Shown here piece after piece: positions 7,387 through 16,586 of a DNA stretch of 39,286 nt. Made by a program: the position numbers and the translations under genes. Numbering within the stretch: the first letter of the stretch is position 1; each line of letters opens with the position of its first letter. The stretch spans positions 1 through 39,286 of the IMG/VR virus record IMGVR_UViG_3300027653_000004, one strand, 5' to 3'. This DNA comes from a virus. The notes under the pieces are model-generated. The model had not been told where the DNA came from, ran no database searches, and worked only from the letters and a program-made list of their open reading frames with translations.

Positions 7387-8295
7387 ATGCCAGAAGAACA
7401 GCCCATTTTCGGGGTCAACGAAGAAGAAGGCTTCGGGACAACTCCCCAAGAGGGAACCCCGGCAGAGAGCGATCCCGAACAACAGGCCCCACCGAGAGAG
7501 GGGGAGCCCCCCGCACTTCCGGTCGATCCGCAAGAAGGGCAACCGACTGGGGGAGGGGGCGAAACCGATCCACAGGGAGAACCGCAAAGGCTGTACGCAG
7601 GCAAATTCGATAGCCCGGAAAAATTGGAGCAATCTTATGAGGAGCTTCAACGAAAACTCGGGCAACAGGGAAATGCCCTCGGACAAATGCAACAGCAGTA
7701 CAACCAGCTAGTGCAGTATATCCAGCAGACTCAAATGCAACAAAGGCAGGTACCCCCGCCGCAACAAGCGGGGCCTGCACAGCAGGTAGATCCTGCGAGG
7801 TTTATTGAGGATCTGGAGTCTAAAGGGCCTTCGGTTATTGAGGAAATGATCAACCGGGCTGTGACGGAGAGGTTAACGCAAGAAGGGGAAGTGCTCGGCC
7901 AGAGCCTCCAGCAAGTCTTGCAACCTTTGTATGCACAGTATGCGGAGGGTCAACTGCGTCAGGCCGTTCAGGGTCAAATTAACTCCGCGAGGCAGAAGTA
8001 TGGAGATTTTGACGAGTACCGGGAAGACGTGAAGCGTATCTTTGGGGAACAGCCTCAGTTGCTCCAATCACCGATGGGTGTGGAGACAGCGTACTTGATG
8101 GCTAGGAACCAGAGAGGCGGCATTGCCCCGCAAACGGCGGCGATGCAACAAGTGACTGCGGCGCAAAAGAGGGCGGCACAAATGCCCTCGTCCGGCACCG
8201 GAGTTGCTAGACAACAGCAACAACAAATTTCACCCGAAGATGCCATTAAGCAGGGAATCTTCGGTGCGCCAAATGCGAAAGGCGTTTTCGGGTAA
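7387..8295 (+). CDS. Scaffolding protein (putative)
   Basis: 302 aa, rich in Q, E and P with low complexity and coiled-coil character, immediately upstream of the major capsid gene. Confidence 0.65.
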   Translation: MPEEQPIFGVNEEEGFGTTPQEGTPAESDPEQQAPPREGEPPALPVDPQEGQPTGGGGETDPQGEPQRLYAGKFDSPEKLEQSYEELQRKLGQQGNALGQMQQQYNQLVQYIQQTQMQQRQVPPPQQAGPAQQVDPARFIEDLESKGPSVIEEMINRAVTERLTQEGEVLGQSLQQVLQPLYAQYAEGQLRQAVQGQINSARQKYGDFDEYREDVKRIFGEQPQLLQSPMGVETAYLMARNQRGGIAPQTAAMQQVTAAQKRAAQMPSSGTGVARQQQQQISPEDAIKQGIFGAPNAKGVFG

Positions 8296-8312
8296 CACGG
8301 AGGATTTAAGAA

Positions 8313-9461
8313 ATGCCGAATTACGGTGTGTCCACTCCCGCCGCTAACTCCCCCGTTTTCACTTACGGTGTGGATCGGGAGCGAAGGGATCTTGACGTAG
8401 CAAAGGAAATCGCACGGCTTGTTCCGGATGCGAACCCGTTCTTGTCTATCCTGCAACGGGCAAAGAAGTCTAACACGAGGACCGCAGAGTTTTCGTGGTA
8501 CGACTCGGAGCCGGGTGCATGGTGGACGAAGATGACGGCGAGTGCGGACGATTCCGAGACCACGCTTGATGTGAGCGATGCGACGATCTTCCGTCCGTGG
8601 GACGTTATCAAGGTTCCTCGTACGGGAGAGGTCATGCGGGTAACGGCTGTGGATGAGTCCGCTAAGACGGTCACGGTCGTACGAGGTCAGGGTACGTCCA
8701 GCACGGCGGAGTTGACTTCCGACGACTGGTTGATGCGCCTTGGCAACGCGATGCAGGAGTTCAGCAACGCGCCGGAGTCCAAGATCGCACAGCCCGTCAA
8801 GGAGTACAACTACACGCAGATTTTCCGACGACCGTTCGACCAGTCCATGACAAGCGAACGGGAAGCTCTGAAAACCAACGAGACGGAACGCAACCGTCTG
8901 CGGAGGGATCAGGCGTTGGAGCATAAGCTGGACATCGAACGGGCCTTGTTGTTCGGTGAGCGTCGGGAGGATGTGGCAAACAAGCTCCGCATGACGGGCG
9001 GCTTGTTGTCTTTCATTAAGACGAACCACCTTGACGTGTCCGGGAACCTCACGGAGCAGAAGTTCGAGGAGTTTTGCGAGATGCTGTTTGCTAACGGCTC
9101 CAGCAAGAAGCTCCTGATTTGCTCCTACCGTGTGGGGAGCATCATTAATCAGTTCGCTAAGGACAAGATCCGGACTGCGAGCGGGGAGTCCACGTATGGG
9201 ATCCGACTCAAGATGTACGAGTCCTTCCACGGTGACTTGGCGATTGTCCCTTCTCGGACGCTGGAGAAGGATTACCTCGGGCTGGCCTTTGGTGTGGATA
9301 TGGATTACGTCCAGTACCGTCCATTGAACGGTCGGGATACGACTCTCCGTACCAACATCCAAGCCCCGGACGCTGACGGCTGGCGAGATGAGTACCTTAC
9401 CGAAGTGGGCTTGCAAGTCCGTTTGGAGAAGGTACACGCAGTTTTGGACAACGCGGCGTAA
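8313..9461 (+). CDS. Major capsid protein
   Basis: 382 aa following the scaffold gene, with RBS GGAGGA. The N-terminal DVAKEIARLVPDANPFLSIL..FSWYD pattern recalls HK97-fold capsid proteins of podophages. A hairpin follows the stop. Confidence 0.8.
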   Translation: MPNYGVSTPAANSPVFTYGVDRERRDLDVAKEIARLVPDANPFLSILQRAKKSNTRTAEFSWYDSEPGAWWTKMTASADDSETTLDVSDATIFRPWDVIKVPRTGEVMRVTAVDESAKTVTVVRGQGTSSTAELTSDDWLMRLGNAMQEFSNAPESKIAQPVKEYNYTQIFRRPFDQSMTSEREALKTNETERNRLRRDQALEHKLDIERALLFGERREDVANKLRMTGGLLSFIKTNHLDVSGNLTEQKFEEFCEMLFANGSSKKLLICSYRVGSIINQFAKDKIRTASGESTYGIRLKMYESFHGDLAIVPSRTLEKDYLGLAFGVDMDYVQYRPLNGRDTTLRTNIQAPDADGWRDEYLTEVGLQVRLEKVHAVLDNAA

Positions 9462-9469
9462 AAAGGGTC

Positions 9470-9487
9470 GGGGGCCTTTTGGCCCCC
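9470..9487 (+). terminator. Stem-loop after the capsid gene (partial terminator or stabiliser)
   Basis: GGGGGCC-tttt-GGCCCCC, then only TTCC, so the U-tract is weak. Confidence 0.4.
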
Positions 9488-9511
9488 TTCCTACAATGGA
9501 GGTTTTAACGA

Positions 9512-9820
9512 ATGGCGGTTTACCATTCCCCTCGTTTGGGGCTTGTAATTAACGCACAACCCGAGGGGCCTCGGGTGCAGTTTGTGGACGGTCGGTACGA
9601 GACCAAGGACAAAAAGGAACAGGCCCTTATCGAAGGGTCACGGGGCTTCGGTATCCACATCTTCAAGGAGGAGTCTGCGCCTGAGCCGGAACCGGAACAG
9701 GCCAAGAAGCCTGCGGAGAAGCCGAAAAAGACTAAGGGAAAAAAGGACAAAAAAGACGAGGACGCTCCTGATCCGGAGTTTGATATTGACGCTTTGCTTC
9801 CGGACGTGGAGAAGAAATAA
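9512..9820 (+). CDS. Hypothetical virion-module protein with Lys/Glu-rich tail
   Basis: RBS GGAGG. 102 aa with a C-terminal KKPAEKPKKTKGKKDKKDED tract. Confidence 0.5.
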   Translation: MAVYHSPRLGLVINAQPEGPRVQFVDGRYETKDKKEQALIEGSRGFGIHIFKEESAPEPEPEQAKKPAEKPKKTKGKKDKKDEDAPDPEFDIDALLPDVEKK

Positions 9821-9833
9821 GGGGTTGTCGTAG

Positions 9834-10184
9834 ATGGCAGGTTCTTACACAAACAGCGGAAAAGACGCAATGCTTGACCACCTAGCTAGTCTGGTGGGGT
9901 ATGTGTCTTTGCACTCCTCCTCCACAGCAAGCTCTAGCAATGAACTCTCGGGAGGGGAATACTCAAGGCAGTCCATCGAGTTCGGGTCGGCAAGCGACGG
10001 GGAGATCAAATCTTCCAACGAGCCTGAGTTTCAAGTCCCCGGAGGGTCTACGGTGTCCTCTGTGGGGTTTTGGTCCTCTGAAACGGGAGGCACTCTGTAC
10101 GGGTACGCTGAGGTGGATGCTGAGACATACGCTAATGACGGCCTTTACAGAGTTCAATCGGCCTCTTTGGATTTGAACAAATAA
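9834..10184 (+). CDS. Hypothetical structural protein
   Basis: 116 aa in operon register after the capsid gene. No motif recognised. Confidence 0.5.
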   Translation: MAGSYTNSGKDAMLDHLASLVGYVSLHSSSTASSSNELSGGEYSRQSIEFGSASDGEIKSSNEPEFQVPGGSTVSSVGFWSSETGGTLYGYAEVDAETYANDGLYRVQSASLDLNK

Positions 10185-10196
10185 AGGGTGCTGTAG

Positions 10197-10976
10197 GTGT
10201 CGGGAAGCGGATACTTTAGGTGGGGACAAGACGAATGGGGGGAAAAATGGGGGGTTCCCCCTGGTATCTCTGTCCTTTCCGGGGGGGGATCTCCTCTAGT
10301 TCAGTCCAGTAAGACAGGATTGTTCAACAAAGAGGTGTCTGCCTCTGGAACACCTGTTGTAGTCCCTGTTTCGGTTCGGTTGTTCTCCGTATCTTTACCT
10401 TCTTCGGGGCATCTACAAGCTTTGTCCCGTAAATTGGGTTTTGGGGCCTTTGTTGTGGAAGGGAATGGCCGTGTAGGGCTGTCCGTTATCCCCCAAAAAA
10501 CGGGAGCCCTTTCGGTTATCGGTGGAGGCTCGTTCGGCCTGAGAGGGGCAAAGGGCGTTGATGTTTCGGCTCTTGTCTCTGTGGGAGGGGAGATAGAATT
10601 TGACTATCTCTCAATACGAGAAGTGCTATCCGGGGTTCTCGGGGGCGGCAGTTTGGAGTCTTTTGGGGAAAGGGTTAGCATCGTAGTTGCCTCCGTGTTC
10701 GGCGGGGGTATCGTGGTTGTTGAAGCCCGGAAGTTGAGCCTTCTTGATGTTGCGGTAACAGGAGAAGGTCTTCTATCTTCTTACGGGATAAAAAAGATTG
10801 TTTCGATTTTGGGGTGGTCTTCTGAGGGCTCGATTTCTGTTGTAACAAGAGGCCCTCAATGGGGTCTATTAAAGCCCCGTGGTTTGAAAGAAGGAAGTAC
10901 CAAGCCCCATGCCTTTGTGTGGGAGAAGGTGGACCCACACCCCGTAAAAGAATGGGACGGGAGGGATCCGCATTGA
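10197..10976 (+). CDS. Hypothetical structural protein (Gly/Ser/Val-rich, N-terminal WGxxxWGxxWG motif)
   Basis: GTG start. 259 aa. FRWGQDEWGEKWG occurs at aa 7-19 and beta-rich repeats follow. Confidence 0.5.
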   Translation: MSGSGYFRWGQDEWGEKWGVPPGISVLSGGGSPLVQSSKTGLFNKEVSASGTPVVVPVSVRLFSVSLPSSGHLQALSRKLGFGAFVVEGNGRVGLSVIPQKTGALSVIGGGSFGLRGAKGVDVSALVSVGGEIEFDYLSIREVLSGVLGGGSLESFGERVSIVVASVFGGGIVVVEARKLSLLDVAVTGEGLLSSYGIKKIVSILGWSSEGSISVVTRGPQWGLLKPRGLKEGSTKPHAFVWEKVDPHPVKEWDGRDPH

Positions 10977-11488
10977 CGGGCGTTGAGATTAAAAGAGAAG
11001 CGGAAGCCTACATCGAAGAATTTATTGACGACCCGGACGCTCTTGTGTTCATTAACCGGGTGCTCAATATGATCGGTGACATGGCCCTCATCTACGAGGT
11101 TGTCACGGGCACCATCGAATACCCTTACGACTGGTACGAGTTGCCCCCCACGCTTACGAACGTGCGTAAGGTGGAGACATCCGGGGGTGTGCCCTTTCAC
11201 GATTACGAAGTTGTGGACAACTGGATTCGGTTCCCCTCCCCCGGCCAGTACACGATCCACTATCGCCGTCTGCCCAAGCCGCTAACCGGGATTCTTGACA
11301 CGCCGGAGATTCACCCGGCCTTCCACAGCGCACTCGTCACGGGGCTCATCGCCCTGTGGAAGCTCAAGGATGACGACGAAAACCCGGACGGGGTTCGCAA
11401 CTACCACGAGTTTAAGGAGCACGCCATGCGGGTCTACAATACCCTGCAACGCTCCCGAACCCCGTCCACAGTGAAGGTGGTTCGTTAA
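10973..11488 (+). CDS. Head-tail adaptor / tail tubular A-like protein (by size and position)
   Basis: I place the start at TTG 10973, in a TTGA overlap with the upstream stop and 8 nt after GGGAGGG. The six-frame ORF extends back to 10859 but that would overlap the upstream gene by 118 nt. Confidence 0.45.
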   Translation: MTGVEIKREAEAYIEEFIDDPDALVFINRVLNMIGDMALIYEVVTGTIEYPYDWYELPPTLTNVRKVETSGGVPFHDYEVVDNWIRFPSPGQYTIHYRRLPKPLTGILDTPEIHPAFHSALVTGLIALWKLKDDDENPDGVRNYHEFKEHAMRVYNTLQRSRTPSTVKVVR

Positions 11489-11490
11489 GT

Positions 11491-13455
11491 ATGTCCAAGA
11501 TGCTCCGGTCCTATTACGACTTCCTCGGCGGCTTGAATACGGATGCCGCCTTGGACAACCTTGCCGACAACGAATTGGTTCAGGCCGATAACGTGGACCT
11601 TGTTGAACGAGGCGGCTTGATGAAACGCAAGGGCACAAGACGGCTGAATGAAACCCCGTACACCGGAGAGGTAGAGCAGATCTTTGAGCTACCTCGTTCG
11701 GACGGGGAAGTGTGGCTTATGGCTGTCATTGAAACTCCGACCGGGCATGTGCTTTACCGTGTGCTTGAGGACGAGGGCTACCAGTTGGAACAAGTGTCTC
11801 CGGTGGCCTCTCCCCAGATCGGATACGTCTCTTTTCCGAACCCTAGCCCGGAGGGTGTGGACCTGCTCTACTTCACGGACGGAGACAAGTACCGGGTGTG
11901 GGATGGGGAAGAAACGAAGCTCATTGCGGACATCATCCCGGAGTCTCCTGACACGCTCCCCACGGTGGAGGCTCAAGATACGACTTCGGAGACAGGGCTG
12001 AAAAAGGGCACGTACAAGCTGGCGATGACATACGCCTCCCACATTGAAATGAAACAAGGGGATTTCTCCTCTGCGCCCGGTGTTCTCGGGAACATCTTTA
12101 ATTTTTTGCTAGAGCGTACAACCGGGGAGCCGATTGGGGAGTCGCAACCGTCCGAAGTAATTGAAATCGAAGTGGAGGAGGGGCAGGAAATTAAATGGAG
12201 TTCGTTTCCTCCCCTCCCTGCCGGGGCCGCGGCTAGAGTTTTGTACCGGACCACAGCGGACGGGAATACGTTAAGGTTCGTAGCGGCCCTACGCCCCTCC
12301 GTCTCTTTGTTTGTGGAGAAGTTTTCGGACGAGCAAATGCGAAAGCGACGATCCCTGCGGTGGGAAAACAATTTAGGGGCCGTGGCGAAAAGCACATTCC
12401 TCGTGCGACACCCGAACAGCTACCGCCTGTTTGCCGCAGGGAATCCCGACGACCCTTCGGCTATCTACTATTCGGAGCCGGGAGAGCCGGACTACTTCAA
12501 CTCCACGTCCGTTTTGTACCCGACGACCGGGGACGGCCCGGTAACGGGGCTGGCGGCTTTCGGGGATGCCCTGCTGGTTTTCTACAAGCACAGCATATGG
12601 GCGTGGAGGGGTGTGGACCCGGAGCAGGATGCGACGTGGCACAAACTGCCTACAGGTGTGGGAACAGAGTCCGCAAGGACCGTCCAGCTTACTCCGAACA
12701 GCGTCTCGTTCCTCGGTCCTTCCGGGGTGTATTCTGTTAGCTCCGGGGTGCTCGGGTTTGACGTGACGGTGGAGCCGACCGAGGGCATGGTCTACAACCA
12801 CGCGAAAAACAAAGTAGAGAAAATTTTGCGAGGTATTGAGCGTCCCGACTTGGCGAGGGCTGTGTTTGACTCGGAGCGGCAGAGGTATTTGCTCTCCTAC
12901 ACCGACGAGGGCGGCACAAGGAACAACCGTATTCTCGTGCTAGATTGGAACATCGGGGCTTTCACTCGGTACACGAACCTGTTTGCGAATGACTTGCTTG
13001 TTCGGTTGGACGGTAGCCTGCTCATGGCTACGAACGGGTACATCGTACGCATGTGTGAAGGGTGCGACGACCACGACCAGCCGATTGAGATGGTTGTGAG
13101 GACGAAGAATTTCAACCTTGACCATCCGTTCCACAAGAAGAATTTGTTGCGGTTGTATGTGTCGTTTAGGCAACCGGAGCAGGGCACAAGCGAGATCACG
13201 TTGCGGCTCCATGTGGACGATATTCTCCGAGAAGAAATTATCGAGGCCGCTTTGTATGAAAACTTCGTGTGGGGAGAATCGGATTGGGGAGACATATGGG
13301 GTTTCCGGCATAACGTCACGACGAGGACTCGCATTTACGGGAGCGGCCATCGTGTGCAGATGGAGTTTGTGAACGCACAGCCGGGAGACCCGACAACGAT
13401 TTATGGACTTGCGTTTGAGTTTCGGCCCAAAAGGGCGAAAGGGAGGCTGTTGTAA
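11491..13455 (+). CDS. Large tail structural protein (nozzle / tail tubular B-like, putative)
   Basis: 654 aa following the adaptor-like gene. The N-terminus reads YDFLGGLNTD..NEL..ADN. FVWGESDWGDIWG lies near the C-terminus. Confidence 0.5.
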   Translation: MSKMLRSYYDFLGGLNTDAALDNLADNELVQADNVDLVERGGLMKRKGTRRLNETPYTGEVEQIFELPRSDGEVWLMAVIETPTGHVLYRVLEDEGYQLEQVSPVASPQIGYVSFPNPSPEGVDLLYFTDGDKYRVWDGEETKLIADIIPESPDTLPTVEAQDTTSETGLKKGTYKLAMTYASHIEMKQGDFSSAPGVLGNIFNFLLERTTGEPIGESQPSEVIEIEVEEGQEIKWSSFPPLPAGAAARVLYRTTADGNTLRFVAALRPSVSLFVEKFSDEQMRKRRSLRWENNLGAVAKSTFLVRHPNSYRLFAAGNPDDPSAIYYSEPGEPDYFNSTSVLYPTTGDGPVTGLAAFGDALLVFYKHSIWAWRGVDPEQDATWHKLPTGVGTESARTVQLTPNSVSFLGPSGVYSVSSGVLGFDVTVEPTEGMVYNHAKNKVEKILRGIERPDLARAVFDSERQRYLLSYTDEGGTRNNRILVLDWNIGAFTRYTNLFANDLLVRLDGSLLMATNGYIVRMCEGCDDHDQPIEMVVRTKNFNLDHPFHKKNLLRLYVSFRQPEQGTSEITLRLHVDDILREEIIEAALYENFVWGESDWGDIWGFRHNVTTRTRIYGSGHRVQMEFVNAQPGDPTTIYGLAFEFRPKRAKGRLL

Positions 13456-15219
13456 ATGGCTAGACCGGAGAGGACGTTTAGTGGGCAGGAAGGACAACGA
13501 TCAACAGGAACCGCAGGGCCGGAAGCGATCAAGCGTGACTTGGACTCGGCTCTTGCTATGTTCAATCCCGAGGCGAATTTGCCGGATGGTTCGCAGGGCG
13601 GTATTGGGGATGACAACCTGAAACCGGGTGCGGCCACGGATATGGTTGTGGGCGACCGGACTATAGACGATGAGGAAGCTCCCACCTCTAGCACGGGCGG
13701 TCTCGGGGTGTTATTGAGCAGGCTGGCGAACAGAATTAAGGCGATCATGGGCGTTAGTTCGTGGCGGGGTGCGCCTCCGATCACGTTGCAGGGGGCGAAG
13801 GCCCACGTCGATGCGGCGGCTCCCCACAGCGGACATGAAACCCCGGCAGGGGCGCAGGCCAAGGCGAACGCCGCGGCGGGGGTTGTGGCAACGAGCTTGT
13901 CCGAGCACGTTTCCGACAAGAAAGATCCGCATGATGTGGGATCTCTGATCAAGGCCGGGACGGGTATTGCTGTGTCGAAGCATCCGACAAGCAAGGAGGT
14001 TACGATTACAGCGCAGGGAGGAGCGGCCCCCGGTGCTCACGCAAGCACCCACGCAATGGGAGGGGCTGACCCGATTACGCCGGAGATGATCGGGGCGGCG
14101 ACGACAAGCCAGCTTAATAACCATGTGAATAATACGTCTAACCCTCACGGCGTGACGAAATCGCAAGTTGGTCTCGGAAATGTAGATAACGTGAAGCAAG
14201 CGACGAAGACGGAGTTCGACGCACATGTAAATGCAACGAACAACCCGCACGGCGTTACGAAGGCACAAGTTGGACTTGGGAATGTTCCGAACAATGCGAT
14301 GGCTAGCAAAGCTCAAGCGGAAGCGGGGACCTCGAATAGCAGATTCATGTCCCCGTTGAGGACGAAGGAAGCTACGGATAAATATATATCCGGGACGGGA
14401 GACGGCTCAATCGCTCTTGGAACTAATGCCAGTGCGGAAGGAGGTTATTCCACCGCCCTTGGATATAATGCCAGTGCGGAAGGGGGCTCTTCCACCGCCC
14501 TTGGAGATAGTGCCAGTGCGTCAAGAGGTTATTCCATCGCCCTTGGATATAATGCCAGTGCGGAAGGGGGCTCTTCCACCGCCCTTGGAGATAGTGCCAG
14601 TGCGTCAGGAATAACTTCCACCGCCCTTGGAGATAGTGCCAGTGCGTCAGAAAATTGGTCCACCGCCCTTGGAGGTAAAGCTAATGCAGACAACGCTAGA
14701 CAGGGAGTTTTAGGCGGCCAAGACACTGCTTCAACAAATAACTGGCTTGTCCCTGGCTCCTTTACTGTCTCAGGCTCCAAGAACTTTGAAATCCCTCACC
14801 CTCATCCTAATAAGAGACATACGCACATGCTACGGCACGGAGCGGTAGAGTCCCCTACGGCGGGGGACACTCTTTATCGATTCACTGTCGAGTCCACTGA
14901 AGATAATGAAACGGTCTCTATGGAGTTGCCTGATTATTTTCAGCATCTTAATGTGAATGTCGATGTGTGGGTAAACGGGCAAGGCCATTTTGGAAATGGA
15001 TATGGATGGGTTGAAGATGGTACGCTTTACGTTGCATGTGAGTTGGCAGGAGAGTATAAAGTTCTTGTCATCGGTACAAGAAATGACGATCATCAATCGA
15101 TTCAGGATTGGCATATCAAGGGAGTGGAAAGAGAGATAGGAGAATCTTGGACAGGGGAAACCTGGGTCTTCGATGTTGAGGAAATCATGGAGATAGAGGA
15201 AATTAAGGAGGAAGAGTGA
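13456..15219 (+). CDS. Tail fibre / receptor-binding protein
   Basis: Phage-fibre repeats NPHGVTK(S/A)QVGLGNV occur twice. YadA-head-like repeats (S)TALG(Y/D)(N/S)ASA(E/S)GG.. occur about 7 times. The C-terminal SGSKNFEIPHPHP domain is common in fibre tips. Confidence 0.8.
   Translation: MARPERTFSGQEGQRSTGTAGPEAIKRDLDSALAMFNPEANLPDGSQGGIGDDNLKPGAATDMVVGDRTIDDEEAPTSSTGGLGVLLSRLANRIKAIMGVSSWRGAPPITLQGAKAHVDAAAPHSGHETPAGAQAKANAAAGVVATSLSEHVSDKKDPHDVGSLIKAGTGIAVSKHPTSKEVTITAQGGAAPGAHASTHAMGGADPITPEMIGAATTSQLNNHVNNTSNPHGVTKSQVGLGNVDNVKQATKTEFDAHVNATNNPHGVTKAQVGLGNVPNNAMASKAQAEAGTSNSRFMSPLRTKEATDKYISGTGDGSIALGTNASAEGGYSTALGYNASAEGGSSTALGDSASASRGYSIALGYNASAEGGSSTALGDSASASGITSTALGDSASASENWSTALGGKANADNARQGVLGGQDTASTNNWLVPGSFTVSGSKNFEIPHPHPNKRHTHMLRHGAVESPTAGDTLYRFTVESTEDNETVSMELPDYFQHLNVNVDVWVNGQGHFGNGYGWVEDGTLYVACELAGEYKVLVIGTRNDDHQSIQDWHIKGVEREIGESWTGETWVFDVEEIMEIEEIKEEE
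14455..14622 (+). repeat. 84-bp tandem duplication inside the tail-fibre gene
   Basis: Units start at 14455 and 14539 and are identical for their first ~69 nt (gcccttggatataatgccagtgcggaagggggctcttccaccgcccttggagatagtgccagtgcgtca). They are nested in a 42-bp periodic repeat spanning about 14413-14690. Confidence 0.85.
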
Positions 15220-15461
15220 TGGATGTCATCATTGTTAGTAGCAGTGTTCTGTTCAAGAATCCCCATGTAGGTCAGCCTTCCCGAGCAATCGAGGATCACT
15301 ACTACGGGAGACGGATAAGTGCTTTTGTGGACGGAAAAAGAAGGATGTTTAGGTTCGATTCTACCGAGTTGTCATTTGAAGCAGACGAGGAGGAAATGGA
15401 AGTGGCTATCGTACTTCGTTTGAAGGAAGAAAAAGACAATTTCGGGGAAGAGGAGGAGTAA
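15216..15461 (+). CDS. Hypothetical acidic protein
   Basis: GTGA overlap with the fibre stop. 81 aa. Confidence 0.45.
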   Translation: MMDVIIVSSSVLFKNPHVGQPSRAIEDHYYGRRISAFVDGKRRMFRFDSTELSFEADEEEMEVAIVLRLKEEKDNFGEEEE

Positions 15462-15462
15462 G

Positions 15463-15741
15463 GTGATCCATCGAGAGTCTGTAGAATCTCCGACCGAGAA
15501 GGATAGAGCAGTGAACATTGACATGGTGAACAGGGAAGAAGTAGATGCTGTCAAGCGTGGTCTCCTCGTTGGGGAGATGATTCATGAAGACGGGAGAGTC
15601 GAAACTTTCCGACAGGAAAATGTTATCGTGGATTACTCGTCTCTTCTCATGGCCCAGTTGATGAAGGGAGAAAACGTTCCCGGCGTAACTCATATCGCTG
15701 TTGGTACGGGGTATGGAGAGTCTGAGGGGGGAAACCCCTAA
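15463..15741 (+). CDS. Hypothetical structural protein, apparently truncated (upstream frame of a possible +1-shifted gene)
   Basis: GTG start after GAGGAGGAG. It ends at TAA 15739-15741, immediately after GAGGGGGGAAACCCC. Confidence 0.45.
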   Translation: MIHRESVESPTEKDRAVNIDMVNREEVDAVKRGLLVGEMIHEDGRVETFRQENVIVDYSSLLMAQLMKGENVPGVTHIAVGTGYGESEGGNP

Positions 15742-15871
15742 CCACGACTTTCACCCTCAAGAGGGGCAGACACACAAAATCGGAGTCTTATTCCGAAACA
15801 ACCATACTTCAGACGTTGAGGTCAGTCGGCTGTCGGGCTTTTGGCTTCAATTTGAGCTTGTGGATAAGTAG
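15713..15871 (+). CDS. +1-frame continuation ORF filling the apparent gap
   Basis: The frame shifted +1 relative to 15463..15741 is open from before 15713 to TAG 15869-15871 (..PNHDFHPQEGQTHKIGVLFRNNHTSDVEVSRLSGFWLQFELVDK). It is below the 60-aa cut-off of the ORF track. Confidence 0.35.
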   Translation: MESLRGETPNHDFHPQEGQTHKIGVLFRNNHTSDVEVSRLSGFWLQFELVDK

Positions 15872-15920
15872 GAACGTCTTGCATTTTGTAGTATAGTGAG
15901 GTAAAGCGAGGTGAAGATCG

Positions 15921-16574
15921 GTGGACCCGATTACAAGTTTAATTCTTGCCCCCATCGTGAGTAACTTTATCGGTGCTCTATTCAACCCGAGGCCGAAAAC
16001 GCCTCAACCCCCTCCGGGATTGTCCTATGAGGAAGCAACAACTCGGGCGCAGACGGTTCTCGCTCCGGTGTTTGAGCGCATGATGCAAGAGACGCTGGCC
16101 GATGTGAGCCGTCACAATATCAGCCGAGGGTTTTACGGTCAGGCTCCGGGCGATGCTCTTGCCGAGAGAATGGCACGGGATGTGGCGGGGCAGGAGGCTA
16201 TGGCTATCGGGAGCCTTGCTGATCAAATGGTAGGGCAGACGAACCAACATGCGGCTCAAATGGCCGCTCTAGCTCAGCAACAATGGGCCAACCAGCAACA
16301 AGGTTTCTTGGGTGCGGGGCAACTCGGGCAAAACTTCATCGAACAGATGATGCAATACTCGTACATTCCGAGACGGCAGTTGACCGAGATGGGGATGGAT
16401 CACGCACTGAGAAATTGGGGAGTCCAGATGCCTGTCAACACCTCGGGTACGACCGTAACAGGAGCTAGTTTGTCCACCCCCTCACTGGCAACGTCGCAAC
16501 CGACGCAGGGGCAAACGTGGGGAGCACAGCACCGCGTTAATTCAAGATGGAACAGCCCTTATGTGGGGTACTAA
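15921..16574 (+). CDS. Internal virion-like protein (putative)
   Basis: GTG after GAGGTGAAG. 217 aa with a hydrophobic N-terminus and Q/M/A-rich content. It is the first of three genes before the lysis cassette. Confidence 0.5.
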   Translation: MDPITSLILAPIVSNFIGALFNPRPKTPQPPPGLSYEEATTRAQTVLAPVFERMMQETLADVSRHNISRGFYGQAPGDALAERMARDVAGQEAMAIGSLADQMVGQTNQHAAQMAALAQQQWANQQQGFLGAGQLGQNFIEQMMQYSYIPRRQLTEMGMDHALRNWGVQMPVNTSGTTVTGASLSTPSLATSQPTQGQTWGAQHRVNSRWNSPYVGY

Positions 16575-16586
16575 GGAGGAATAACG

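Noticed and set aside
8055-9437. 460-aa ORF on the minus strand opposite the major capsid gene
   Set aside because: It lies antisense to a well-supported capsid gene. It has no RBS and a Cys/Arg/Pro-rich low-complexity translation typical of antisense frames in GC-rich coding DNA.
14413-14690. Regularly spaced repeats considered as a CRISPR array or a DGR variable/template pair
   Set aside because: The repeats are in-frame coding repeats of the tail fibre with no unique spacers. No reverse transcriptase or cas genes occur anywhere in the genome.
15872-15920. Possible internal promoter (TTGCAT...TAGTAT/TATAGT) before the internal-virion genes
   Set aside because: No hexamer pair with acceptable spacing could be aligned. 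The segment is better explained as the short RBS-containing spacer left once the +1-frame ORF is counted.
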